Made by a program: the position numbers and the translations under genes. A DNA stretch of 64,000 nucleotides, the filler included, from Chiloscyllium plagiosum (lineage: Eukaryota): NCBI RefSeq assembly GCF_004010195.1. It is 4 parts of one record of this genome, joined end to end, with 100 filler letters (N's around TTAATTAATTAA, not from the genome) between each part and the next. Parts side by side here need not be neighbours in the genome. Positions count along the whole stretch, not along the records: positions 1 to 15,261 come from NC_057715.1; positions 15,362 to 32,105 come from NC_057715.1; 2 more parts are not named here. The stretch is one strand, 5' to 3'. The notes below the pieces were generated by a model. The model was not told where the DNA came from. It ran no database searches and was given only the letters and a program-made list of their open reading frames with translations. Shown piece after piece: positions 12,870-24,220 of the stretch. How positions within the stretch are numbered: the first letter of the stretch is position 1; each line of letters opens with the position of its first letter.

Positions 12870-13635
12870 ATGTGAACATACTGTCGCCAGGTACACAAAT
12901 AGTTGGGAAGGCAAGTGGTGAGGATAACACAGAGTCTGCAAAGGGATTTGGACAGCTAGGTGTGTGGGCAAACACTTGGCAGATGGAATATAACACAGGG
13001 TAATGTCAGCTTGCACTTGGCAGGAAGCGTAGGGTAGTTGAATAGTATTCCAATGGAGAAAGACTGCAGACAGGTACAGCGCAGTCTTTAGCAATTCATT
13101 CACAGCGTGTGGGTATCGTTGGCGAAACCAGCATTTATTACCAATCCCAAAAGGGAGGTTAATTCCCCAAAGGGCAGTGAAGAGTCCACCCCATCGCTTT
13201 GGACCCAGAGTCCATCTGGGGGCTGGACAAGGAAAGGACGGCAGATTTCCTCCCCTGTGTTTCCTAGTTTGGAAGGATGAGGGGTGATCTCGTTGAAGCG
13301 TAGGGAATCTTACGGGATAGATACAACAGGGATTTCTCCTCTGGGGAGGGGGCAGATACAACTGGAAAGGATTCAGGCGAAAGAGTAGGCCATTGAGGAC
13401 AGAGGTGAGGAGGATTGCCATTCCTCAGAGGGAGGAGGGTCTCTGGAATTCTCTACCCCAGAGGGTGCTGTGAGAACTCAGTCACTGAGAAAGTTCAAGA
13501 TCAAAATCACTGAACTTTAGGTCATTTAAGGGAATCCAGGAACAGAATCCAGTGTGAAAAAATGGCTATGATTATAGAAGATCATCCATGATTGAGTTGG
13601 ACATGAGAACAGGCTCAATGGGCCAATGGCCAATG
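12870..13635 (+). mobile_element. Degenerate CR1 fragments
   Basis: WQMEYN-type remnant (tggcagatggaatataa) and CR1 C-terminal/3' UTR sequence. Confidence 0.65.
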
Positions 13636-14209
13636 TTTCCATGCCTAACATTGGAGGACTCCATTCACCTGGCTCCTCTTTCCCCGTTCAGTGACTTGCA
13701 ATGACCTCTCTCCTGCCTCCTATACCATTAACTTAGATGTTCCCCAAAGATAAATCCTGGGCTCCTATTTCTCAACTAACACCGGAGCCCACACCCACAA
13801 ATGTCATCTGAAGGAGCGTGGCTTCTCCTGTGTGTTGCTGGCACCCAGCCCCACCTCCTGGCTCCTGCCGCAAGGTTTCCTGATGCTTCATTCAGTGAAA
13901 TAACGTCGTTCCAATTGGATATTGAGAAGGTTAATCCCATTGTGGTCAGTCTCCATCTGTCCATCTCCTAGTTGTGTTTCATTTGACCCCAAGGTGACCT
14001 TTCAGGGGTAGAGCTGCTCTGTCAGTAAGATCACCAGTTTCCAACCCCATAATGTCACCATTTCTGCCTCTGTCCCAGCTCATCTGTTATTCAAACCTCT
14101 TTGAGCCTCTGTTCCCTTGGCTATTCCTACACACGTCCTGGCTGTTCTCCTGTATTCTACCATCTGGGAATCTGAGCTCATCCTCAATTACAGTCAAATC
14201 CAAACCTGC

Positions 14210-14420
14210 AGTCATAGAGTCATAGAGATGTACAGCATGGAAACAGACCCTTCGGTCCAACCCGTCCATGCCAACCAGATATCCCAATCCAATCTAGTCC
14301 CACCTGCCAGCACCCGGCCCATATCCTTCCAAACCCTTCCTATTCATATACCCATCCAAATGCCTCTTAAATGTTGCAATTGTACCAGCCTCCACCACTT
14401 CCTCTGGCAGCTCATTCCCA
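14210..14420 (-). mobile_element. CR1 3' end with 8-bp tail repeat
   Basis: gtcatagagtcatagag is the reverse complement of the (ctctatga)n tail. Same family as 16905-17557. Confidence 0.85.
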
Positions 14421-14772
14421 GAGGGCTCCCAATCACCCCTGACTTTCTGTTGTGCTTTGATTTTATCCATGGCTTTCTCCTTCCTGCATCTATATATAAC
14501 CCAGTTCCTTCATACCAGCATTTATTGCCTGTCCCTAGTTACCCCCTTGAGAAGGTGGGGGTGAGCTGCCTTCTTGAACCGCTGCAGTCCATGTGCTGTG
14601 GGTTGACCCACAATGCCCTTAGGGAGGGTATCCCAGGATTTTGACCCAGTGACAGTGAAAGAAGGGTGATATCTTTCTGAGGAGAAAGTGAGGTCTGCAG
14701 ATGCTGGAGATCAAAGTTGAAACTTTATTGCTGGAACAGCACAGCAGGTCAGGCAGCATCCAGGGAACAGGA

Positions 14773-14810
14773 GATTCGACGTTTCGGGCACAGGCCCTTC
14801 TTCAGGAATC
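14773..14810 (-). ncRNA. Minimal type-I hammerhead ribozyme motif
   Basis: Exact reverse complement of 14854-14891. Confidence 0.8.
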
Positions 14811-14853
14811 TTTGTAGAGAGAGGCAGAGAGCTTCTTCAAGGAAGGCATCCTT

Positions 14854-14891
14854 GATTCCTGAAGAAGGGCCTGTGCCCGAAACGTCGAATC
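14854..14891 (+). ncRNA. Minimal type-I hammerhead ribozyme motif
   Basis: GAUUC-CUGAAGA-A-GGGC(CUGU)GCCC-GAAA-CGUC^GAAUC: 5-bp helix I, 4-bp helix II, palindromic ACGU helix III, predicted GUC cleavage after 14886. Confidence 0.8.
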
Positions 14892-15043
14892 TCCTGTTCC
14901 CTGGATGCTGCCTGACCTGCTGTGCTGTTCCAGCAATAAAGTTTCAACCGATATCTTTCCGAGTCAGTCAGAGTGAAGTCAGAAGTCACACTGTGCTCTG
15001 AAAGCTTGTGATTTCAAATAAGCCTGTTGGATTATAACCTGGT

Positions 15044-15261
15044 GGAGAAAGTGAGGACTGCAGATGCTGGAGATCAGAGCTGAAAATGTGTTGCTGGAAA
15101 AGCACAGCAGGTCAGGCAGCATCCAAGGAGCAGGAGAATCGACGTTTCGGGCATGAGCCCTTCTTTAGGAATGAGGAAGGTGTGCCAAGCAGACTGAGAT
15201 AAAAGGTAGGGAGGAGGGACTTGGGGGAGGGGCGTTGGAACTGCGATAGGTGGAAGGAGGT
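15044..15261 (-). mobile_element. Penelope terminal repeat (family A) with mutated hammerhead core
   Basis: Minus strand cUAAAGA-agggcucaugccc-GAAAcguc (G5 changed to A) at about 15136-15173. Runs into a gap. Confidence 0.75.
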
Positions 15262-15361
15262 NNNNNNNNNNNNNNNNNNNNNNNNNNNNNNNNNNNNNNN
15301 NNNNNTTAATTAATTAANNNNNNNNNNNNNNNNNNNNNNNNNNNNNNNNNNNNNNNNNNNN
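15262..15361. other. Artificial scaffolding spacer (also 32106-32205 and 46693-46792)
   Basis: Exactly 44 N + TTAATTAATTAA + 44 N, three times. Confidence 0.95.
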
Positions 15362-15874
15362 TGGGGGGAGAGAGAGTGAGAGAGAAATAGAGAGATAGAG
15401 ACATGGGATTGGGGAGAAGAGAGACAGAGAGATAGAGACGAGGAGATAGACACACACGTTCAGGTTTCTGATGAGATCTGCAGAGGTCATGGTCCTGAGC
15501 GTTGAATGCACAGCAGCCATTGGTGGACCCACCCGGGGAATTTAATGAGCCTTCGAGGTGAGTCAGAGATCCCATTGAGGCGGGGGTGGGAGGGAGGGTT
15601 TGTGGGACTGGAGGAGATAACACAGATAGGGAGGGGGGGAGATCACGGAGTGATTTGGAAACAGTATGGTTTGGATCACATGACCATTCCTGCAATCGGT
15701 GTAGGTCAGTGAGCACAGGGGAGCCAGTGTCAGAATGGACGTGGGTGGTAGTGTCTTTGATGAGCCTCTCATTTCCAGATGGAGTGAAACAGGGAGCCCC
15801 CTGGGGAACAGTCAAGGAGGGATGGAGGAGGCTTCCAGCAATGGGAGGGCAGAGGCTGGGGCAGACTGGACCCT

Positions 15875-16106
15875 GAGCTGAAAATGTGTTGCTGGAAAAG
15901 CGCAGCAGGTCAGGCAGCATCCAGGGAACAGGAGAATCGACGTTTCAGGCATGAGCCCTTCTTCAGGAAGAAGAATTCCTGAAGAAGGGCTCATGCCCGA
16001 AACGTCGATTCTCCTGCTCCTTGGATGCTGCCTGACCTGCTGCACTTTTCCAGCAACACATTTTTCAGCTCTGATCTCCAGCATCTGCAGTCCTCACTTT
16101 CTCCTC
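15875..16106. mobile_element. Short fold-back Penelope-derived insertion (family A)
   Basis: Inverted arms meet near 15970. 14-bp TSD gcagactggaccct at 15861-15874 and 16107-16120. Confidence 0.88.
15973..16011 (+). ncRNA. Minimal hammerhead ribozyme motif
   Basis: gaauuc-CUGAAGA-a-GGGC(UCAU)GCCC-GAAA-CGUC^gauuc. Helix I needs one bulge. An antisense copy lies at about 15934-15969. Confidence 0.7.
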
Positions 16107-16207
16107 GCAGACTGGACCCTCCCTACCTGGGCCTCAGCACAACGATGGTGTCCCACTGCTCTGTGCCATCTGCAAGGCCTTGGTCTACAATCTCTCCCAC
16201 AGCTCTG

Positions 16208-16231
16208 CCTGCTGCTGCTGCTGCTGCTGCT
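16208..16231. repeat. (CTG)n trinucleotide run, about 7-8 units
   Basis: gcctgctgctgctgctgctgctgct. Confidence 0.85.
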
Positions 16232-16654
16232 GGGACTAGGCTTTTCTGAGCTTCCAAGTGATGGGGGCGGTGAGGAAAATGGGCTGGAGAGGTCCCACCC
16301 ACGGGAGCTGACGTCACTCTCTGTGGTTCGACAGAGAGCTTTGGCTCCTGACCTCCCTTGGCACGGTGGGGGAGGGAGCTGGGTAAGCCTGGTGTGGGGC
16401 AGGGAGTCGCAGCAGCATTGGTGCAGTGGGGGAGGGGGAAGGGAGGTCAAACCTTGTTAAAGGCTAGGAGGAAGGTGACCCCCGGGGTCAGGGGAAGTGG
16501 TTAGGGTTGTGAGGTGAAAGTGAGGCCTAGGGTTCGGGTTTACTGGCCCAGAGACGTTGTCACTACCCCAGCAGCTCCCTGTTTGGGATGGTGGCAAAGT
16601 TGCCACACTCTGCCTCCTGTGTGCTGTGCACCCCTTCCCCCACCCCACCCTCAG

Positions 16655-17640
16655 CAAGGCAATGGCCCAGTGATATTATCGCAGAACTGTTAATCCAGAG
16701 ACCCAGGTAATGTTCTGGGGACTCAGGTTCGAATCCTACTGTGGCCGGTTCAGTTTTAAAAGAAATCTTGAATTAAGAGTTTCATGATGACCATGAACCC
16801 ATTGTAGATTGTCAGAAAAACCCACCTGGTTCACTAATGCCTTTTAGGGAAGAAAACCGCCGTCCTTACCTGGTCTGGCCTACATGTGACTCCAGACCCA
16901 CAGCGTGAAGAAGGCGTGTGGTATGCTTTCCCTTATTGGTCAGAGTATTGAGTACAGGAGTTGGGAGGTCATGTTGTAGCTGTACAGGACATTGGTTAGG
17001 CCACTGTTGGAATATTGTGTGCAATTCTGGTCTCCTTCCTATCGGAAAGATGTTGCAAAACTTGAAAGGGTTCAGAAAAGAATTACAAGGATGTTGCCAG
17101 GGTTGGAGGATTAGAGCTATAGGGAGAGGCTGAACAGGCTGGGGCTGTTTTCCCTGGAGCGTCGGAGGCTGAGGGGTGACCTTATAGAGGTTTACAAAAT
17201 CATGAGGGGCATGGATAAGATAAATAGGCAAAGTCTTTTCCCTGGGGTGGGAGAGTCCAGAACTAGAGGGCATAGGTTTAGGGTGAGAGGGGAAAGATAT
17301 AAGAGATACCTAAGGGACAACGTTTTTATGCAGAGGGTGGTGTGTGTATGGAATGAGCTGCCAGAGGATGTGGGGGAGGCTGGTACAATTACAACATTTA
17401 AACGGCATCTGGATGGGTATACAACTAGGAAGGGTTTGGAAGGATATGGGCCAAGTGCTGGCAGGTGGGACTAGATTGGGTTGGGATATCTGGTCGGCAT
17501 GGACGGGTTGGACCGAAGGGTCTGTTTCCGTGCTGTACATCTCTACGACTCTATGACTATGTGGTTGACTCTTAACTGCCCTCTGGGTAACTCAGGATGG
17601 CAATAAATGCTGGCCTGACCCTGCGAATGAAGAATAAATC
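16655..17640 (+). mobile_element. tRNA-derived SINE (second family) interrupted by a CR1 3' fragment (16905-17557)
   Basis: SINE head (ggttcgaatcc) and body end at ...ccagacccacagc and resume at atgtggttgactcttaactgccc. The insert encodes RGDLIEVYKIMRG...RTRGHRF and ends gactctatgact. Confidence 0.85.
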
Positions 17641-18199
17641 CAGTGCCCAGTCAATGTGGGTGTTTGGTGGCAACCTCTCCAGAGGTCTGAGCAATTTGGA
17701 ACCTCTGACTGGGATGGGGAACCTCTCCAAAGGCGAGATCGTGGTAAAGGCGAGATCTCCATGGTGACTGAGGCATCGTGGGAGGAGGATCATGTGATGG
17801 TGCAGGGCCTGTTCTGACAGTTCCTCAAACCTGTTCCCCTGGAGTTGGAATGCCTGCCAGTACCTGCCCGATGATCTCACGCTGCAGCTGGAGTGGCAGC
17901 ATTGACGTTTCTGTCTCTCATTGGAGAGAAGGGGCAGTTCCATGGTCTTTTGTTTGTCACCGAGTGCCAGGATTCCCCAGTTTACTTGTACAATGTCCAC
18001 CTGGGATCCCATTTCAAAGCCTGGCTTGTTTTCATTGGCACAGTCAGCTCCCTGTGTTGCTGTCAGTCGCTGAAGACTGGATTCTAAAGCAGCTAACGTG
18101 ACGCAAGTGCATAATTATAGCTCACCATCAGGAAGGTTCATGGGAGGCTGCTCTCCAACAGAAGAGGGATTGATGATCATGTGAGGATGTTATGTTCGA

Positions 18200-18420
18200 G
18201 TTATTATAGAGCACTGATGAGACCAAATGGGTATGAGGGACCCTCTGTCTCAATGTCTCGAGGGTATTGTGGGACACCACGTACTCCCTCTCTAAGGATG
18301 CCCAGTCATACAGGTAGCTGTGGAATAGGGGCAGACAGTTGGGAATGATGAGCCGCTGCCTGGACCCGTTGATGGCCATTATGGTCAGGAGATGGTCCTT
18401 CAACTTACCCATAAACCCAT
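18200..18420 (-). mobile_element. Probable Tx1/L1-clade LINE ORF2 C-terminal remnant
   Basis: MAINGSRQR...CLPLFHSY...ASLEREYVVSHNTLETLRQR resembles the Tx1-type ORF2 C-terminus as I recall it. Confidence 0.5.
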
Positions 18421-18619
18421 CTGCCCCAGAGGTGTGTCTTAACATCTCTGAGCCAGGTTAATTATTACACCTTCCAGTTTCTCCCTGAAGGGACTTTGCA
18501 ATGCAGTGGTAATGTCCCTACCTCTGAACCAGGAGAAATGGATTCAAGTCCCATCTGCTCTAAATGTGTGTCATAGTATGTCTGACAATGTCCTGTCCTG
18601 GGAAAGACCAGCATTTCCA

Positions 18620-19030
18620 GCACAAAACAGCAGTCTGCTTGATTGGCACCAGATCCACTCCCTCCACCACCAGTGCTCAGTAGCTGCAGTGTGTACCATC
18701 TACAAGGCGCACTGCAGAAATTCACCAAAGATCCTCAGACAACAGCTTCCAGACCTATTTCAATCTAGAAGGACAAGGGCATCACATACATCGGAACACC
18801 ACCCCCCTGCAAGATCGCATCCAAGCCACTCACCATCCTGACTTGGAAATATATCGCTGTTCCTTCACTGTCACTGGGTCAAAATCCTGGAATTCCCTCC
18901 CTAAGGGCATTGTGGGTCTACCCACAGCACGCGGACTGCAGCGGTTCAAGGAGGCAGCTCACCCCCACCTTCTCAAGGGGTCAGCCAGGAAAGGGCAATA
19001 AACGCTGGCTCACATCCCACAAGTGAATTA
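18620..19030 (+). mobile_element. LINE 3' end (second CR1-superfamily family)
   Basis: The 3' sequence ccatcctgacttggaaatatatcg...cggttcaagg...ggcaataaa is shared with 28590-28870, 40140-40910 and 61280-61420. Confidence 0.7.
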
Positions 19031-19292
19031 TTAAAAATCGATGAAAGAGATTGATAGCTGGAGTATTTCTGAATCCAGTGCTGGTGAGGGGCAGAGAAGA
19101 AGGAAAGAGCGAGATTCAAAAGGAGGAGACATTCGGCAACAGAGCAATGTTACGTTGTACCGTGTAGCAACATAGTTGAAGTGAGGGGCATGTTCAGTGA
19201 GGAGGGGCTACTGGGGGAGCTACAAACTGGGACAAGGGAGAACACTATCAGGACAGTGCAATGTCAGCACCTGGGACTATCCCCAATGTAAT

Positions 19293-20197
19293 TTAAGATG
19301 TCAAAGCCCATTAGACACAGTCAGAGTGAGGAGCTGTCGGCCTGTACTGGGAGGGAGAAGGGAATGGAACAGGTTTTATGTAAATCCAAACTCATTAACA
19401 GGCTCGATATTAATTTGTTTGGCAACATCAGCCTGGTGTCTAATTGTTAAGGGTAATAACCCCTCTCTCACCAGCAGTTACTCCACTTACTCACTTCGGT
19501 GAGCATCTTACTCATTAGGGGAAAGCTCTGGACACAAAATGGACAGACATTCCTGTAGAATCCTTCCCCCACCCACCCCCCAACCCCTCCCCTGCAAACC
19601 CCACAGCCAGACCGCTTCCCCAAGTGGACTTCAGCTGTGAGACCTCAAGGAAAGACCTGCATTCCTGTAGCACCTTTCATGACCACCGGTTATCTCAGAG
19701 CAGTTTGCAGTCAATGAGACCCTTCTGAAGTCGCTGAGGTCATGTCAGAAACCAGGCATCCAGTATGTGCACAGCAAGATCCCAAAACAGCAACATGACC
19801 ATGGCCAGCGAATGTATGCCTTGCGATGTCGAATAAGGCTTTTCCAGTGGCCGGTCCAGCCAGGGATAACTCTCCAGCTCTCCTCTGAGATTACACCTGA
19901 TACTCCCTGACAGGACAGAGGGGGCTGGAATTTAATGGCTGGTCTGAAGGGCAGTTCCCCTGACAGGACTGCACTCCCTCAGCACTGCCCTGTGAGTGTC
20001 AGCCTGAGATACATGCCCTCACCCCAAGGCTTCCTGACTGAGCGGTGCCCAGCATGGTGCCCGTGAGTGTGCCCTCCTGACACCAGCATCTTGCCTGATG
20101 CACAGCTCCCCATGCTCCAGGTTAGCTGCACTGGAGCATTGTAACTGCAGGGGCTGGAAATGCGACCCCCGGGGTGGGGGAGGGCTGTGTCCTGGTC
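19293..20197. repeat. Left arm of an approximately 0.9-kb inverted duplication (partner 26632-27526); contains a Deu/Nin-domain SINE on - (about 19645-20100)
   Basis: Reverse complement of 26632-27526 with few substitutions and one G/C-run indel. The same peptides appear in opposite-strand ORFs. Confidence 0.92.
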
Positions 20198-20526
20198 TCT
20201 AGCCCCTGAGATGGTGGGCACTTACACTCTCCAAATGCAAATGGAGAGTTGAGCGACTTTACCATGCCCTCAGCTCAGCACAGGAGGGCAGGGCAAGGAT
20301 TAATCCCTGAACCAGCACCGAGGGGAATGGTACAATATCGAAGATAAGCCATCAGCTCCAACTGATGGCTGCTGAACCCGTCCGGCCCACCTCAACATCC
20401 TTTCCAAAGGTCCACCCTCCTTAACCTATTCCCATGGGAGCAGGAATGGAGAGAAACATAACCAACTGCAGAAGGTCCAAATGAATGTCCTGGAAGGAGA
20501 AACACAATGAGGAACGGAGAGAAACC

Positions 20527-21480
20527 GCAGGAAGCTGCAACACAAAGGGCCCTGAGGGGGCAGGGAGGGGAACGTGTACACAAAACACAGAAAGCTAGCC
20601 CACTGGGGCAGCAGGGAATCAGGAAGGGTCGTGGAACGTTGGAGTCGATAAAGTGTGGGGCTGGGAAAAGCACAACAGGTCAAGCAGCATCAGAGGAGCA
20701 GGAGAGTCGACGATTCGGGCAGGACCTTTCATCAGGACTGGTTTCAAGGGGGTTGGAGTATAAGAGTAGGGAGGTCTTACTGCAACTGTACAAGGTGCTG
20801 GGGAGGTCACTGATGGAGCACTATGAGCTGTTTCCATCCCTTATTTAAGGAAAGATATCATTTCATTGGAGGTAGTTGAGAGAAGGTTCACTAGGATGGT
20901 CCCTGGGATGGGGAGGGATTGTTTTCTGAACAAAGGTTAAACAGGTTGGGACACTACTCCCTGGAGTTTAGAAGAATGAGAGGGGATCTCATTGAAACAT
21001 CCAGGATTCTTAAGGGGCTTGAGTGGGTCAATGCTGTGAGGATGTTTCCCCTCATGGGAGGGTCTAGGACCAGAGGGCACAGTCTCAGAATAAAGGGGCA
21101 CCAATTTCAGACTGAGATGGGGAGGAATTTCTCCTGAGGTTTGAGAGTCTTTGGAACTCCTCGTCACAGAGAGCTGTGTGGGCAGAGTCCTTGTGGATAT
21201 TTAAGGCTGAGAGAGATTCTCGATCATAGTGAGGTTTGAGAAGATTTGTAGCTCAGGTTGAGGTTCTGGAAGTAGGTTTGCTCACTGAGCTGGAAGGTTC
21301 ATTTCCAGACGTTTCGTCACCATACTAGGTAACATCTTCAGTGGGCCTCCGGGAGAAGGCTTCCAGATCAGTCGGGGAATCAAGGGATACAGGGAAAGGG
21401 TCAGGAAAGTGGGTGTGAGAATGTCGGGATCAGCCATAATCCTTTTGAATGGGGGGAGCAGGCTCAAAGGGTTTCTACTG
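20527..21480 (+). mobile_element. CR1 fragment carrying two Penelope terminal-repeat insertions (about 20642-20741 and 21227-21365)
   Basis: Paralogous to 6250-6850, which lacks both inserts. The second insert is flanked by a gatca duplication (21222-21226, 21366-21370). Confidence 0.82.
21305..21344 (-). ncRNA. Minimal hammerhead ribozyme motif (Penelope family B)
   Basis: Minus strand cca-CUGAAGA-u-GUUACC(UAGUAU)GGUGAC-GAAA-CGUC^ugg: intact core, 6-bp helix II, 3-bp helix I. Confidence 0.72.
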
Positions 21481-21744
21481 CATTCTCGGTTTTCCGGCAT
21501 CCACAGTATTTTGTTTCTATCGGAAGTCAACCCATGTCACAACCATCTTCAGCTGCTTCATCAATGACCTTCCCTCCATCATAAGGTCAGGGGATGTTCA
21601 CTTATGATTGCACAATGTTCAGCACCATTCATAACTACTCTGATACAGAAGCAGCTGATAAATTTCTGGTTTAACAGCAGTATGCAGGGCAATAGGAACA
21701 GGGCAGGTAAAAAAAACTATTGAAGACATTGTTCAGCCATGAAC

Positions 21745-22403
21745 ATGTGAAATAGGCATTTGGTATGCTTTCCTTTACTGGTCAGAGTACTGAGTACAGG
21801 AGTTGGGAGGTCATGTTGCGGCTGTACGGGACATTGGTTAGGCCACTTTTGGAATATTGTGTACAATTCTGGTCTCCTTCCTATCGGAAAGATGTTGTGA
21901 AACTTGAAAGGGTTCAGAAGAGATTTACAAGGATGTTGCCAGGGTTGGAGGATCTGAGCTACAGGGAGAGGCTGAACAGGCTGGGGCTGTTTTCCCTGGA
22001 GTGTCGGAGGCTGAGGGGTGACCTTATAAAGGTTTATAAAATTATGAGAAGTGTGGGTAGGGTAAATAGACAAAGTTTTTTCCCTGGGGTGGGGGAATCT
22101 AGAACTAGAGGGCATAGGTTTAGGGTGAGAGGGGAAAGATATAAAAGAGACCTAAGGGGCAACTTTTTCATGCAGAGGGTGGTACGTGTATGGAATGAGC
22201 TGCCAGAGGATGTGGTGGAGGCTGGTACAATTGCAACATTAAAAGGCATCTGGATGGGTATATGATAGGAAGGGTTTAGAGGGATATGGGGCCAGGTGCT
22301 GGCAAATGGGACTAGATTGGGTTGGGATATCAGGTCAGCATGGATGGGTTGGACTGAAGGATCTATTTCGGTGCTGTACATCGCTGTGACTCTATGATTC
22401 TAT
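21745..22403 (+). mobile_element. Relatively young CR1 LINE 3' fragment
   Basis: Open [18 protein letters not shown]...RGDLIKVYKIMR. Tail gactctatgattctatg. Confidence 0.92.
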
Positions 22404-23911
22404 GCTGAATGGTGGGACAGACTCGATTGGCTGAATGGCTTACTCCTGCTCCTTTACACCACTCTGCTGTCTGGCCATTCCCATTTGCTTTGCACTACCC
22501 ACCTCATTCCTTTCCCCCGCCAACACAGACTCCTGCCCTCCCCAGGGGTCACAATCGAAGGATAGGGGGATAGGCCATTTGGGACTGAGATGGGGGAGAA
22601 ATGTCTTCACCCAGAGAGTGGGGAGCCCGGGGAATTCTCTGCCACAGGAAGGGGTTGAGGCAAAAACTTGTTTCCAAGAAGCAGTTAGTTCTTAGGGCTA
22701 AAGGGATCAGAAGGTCAGGAGAAAGTGGGGCCAGGGGACTGAGTTGGGTGATCAGCCATGATCATACTGAATGACGGTGCAGGCTCGAAGGGCTGAATGG
22801 CTCCTGCTCCTGCTGCTAATTTCCATGTTATTTTCTCTCTAGCAAAGAGCTGTTAATGGCCTCTCTGAATACCAATCTTATTGTTCATACAGTCCACTCT
22901 CAGTCCTCATCGTTGCTGCTGTCTCTCTATTGTCTGTCTCCTTTGATGCCTGACTGAAATTGAAATTCCATTAGACCCCCAATTACTGCTTTTTGTTCAG
23001 GGAAGCAGCACTTACTCTTCTGACAGACTTCCCGGTATCTGTGCAGCCAGCAATCAGAAGTGATTTGCTGACAATTTTGAAAAGCACACAGTCTGTCCTT
23101 TCCACTCTCTGATCAACCTGTAAAGAGCAGCTATGTTTAAGTGATGGTCCTCAGGAGGGAGCACACCCAGAGCTCAGCAGCAAGGAGCTGGAGCTGGATG
23201 GGGGGAGGGGGGTGATGGAGTGGGGGAGGGGGGTGGTGGGTGATGGAGCACCTTTCTCCTGAGGTGGGAAAGAAAGGTTCACCCTGAGCGATATCGGACA
23301 GGGTTGTACCCCATCTCCCAGAACAGACAGCTGGCCATTCAGCCCATCAAGGGCCTGCTCAGGGGGAATATGAACAAGGAGCAGGAGTAGGCCATTTGGC
23401 CCTTTGAGCATGCTCTCCCATCCCATATGATCATAGCTGATCATCCAACTCACTCCCCTGTTCCCACTTTCTCCCCCATAGCCTTTGATCCCTTTAGCCC
23501 TAAGAGCTGTATTTACCTCCTTGTTGGAAGCAATGTTTTGGGGTCACCTGCTTTCTGTGGTAGAGAATTCCCCAGGCTCCCCATTCTCTGGGTGAAGACA
23601 TTTCTCTTCGTAGAACAATACAGCGCAGAACAGGCCCTTCGGCCCTCGATGTTGCGCCGACCTGTGAACTATAGTCTGAAATGACCAACCCCGTGACCCC
23701 AGGTTTTGGACTCTAGGGTCATTGGGAACATCCTTCCTGTCTAGTCCTGTTAGAAATGTATAGTTTTCCAGGAGATTTCCCGCATTCTTCTCAACTCCAG
23801 TGAACAGCATCCTAAGCGATCCCAGGGATCAGTCTAGGAAACGCTTCACTGCCCTCCCTCCATCACCAGAACATCCTTCCTCAGGTAAGGAGACCAAAAC
23901 TACACACAGTA

Positions 23912-24220
23912 AGGGCGGCACGGTGACTCAGTGGTTAGCACTGCTGCCTCACAGCATCAGGGTCCCAGGTTCGATTCCAGCCTTGGGTGACTGTCTGTGT
24001 GGAGTTTGCACATTCTCCCCATGTCAGCGTGGGTTTCCTCCCACAGTCCAAAGGTGTGCAGGTCAGGTTAATTGGCCATACTAAATTGCCCTTAGTGCTA
24101 GGTGCATTAATCAAGGGTAAATATTGGGTAGGAGGGTGTGTCTGGGTGGGTTACTCTTCGGAGGGTTGGTTTGGGCTGAAGGGCCTGTTTCCACACTCTA
24201 GGGGATCTAATCTAATCTAA
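23912..24220 (+). mobile_element. HE1-like SINE
   Basis: gggcggcacggtgactcagtggttagcactgc head, V-domain and (atcta)n tail. Confidence 0.88.

Larger units (their letters stand above)
14678..14949. mobile_element. Short fold-back Penelope-derived insertion (family A)
   Basis: 95-bp perfect inverted arms 14716-14810 and 14854-14948. TSD gatatctttc at 14668-14677 and 14950-14959. Confidence 0.85.

Noticed and set aside
15306..15317. Palindromic TTAATTAATTAA inside N runs (also 32150-32161 and 46737-46748)
   Set aside because: The identical 44N-12-44N layout occurs three times, so it is an artificial all-frame-stop scaffolding linker and not biology.
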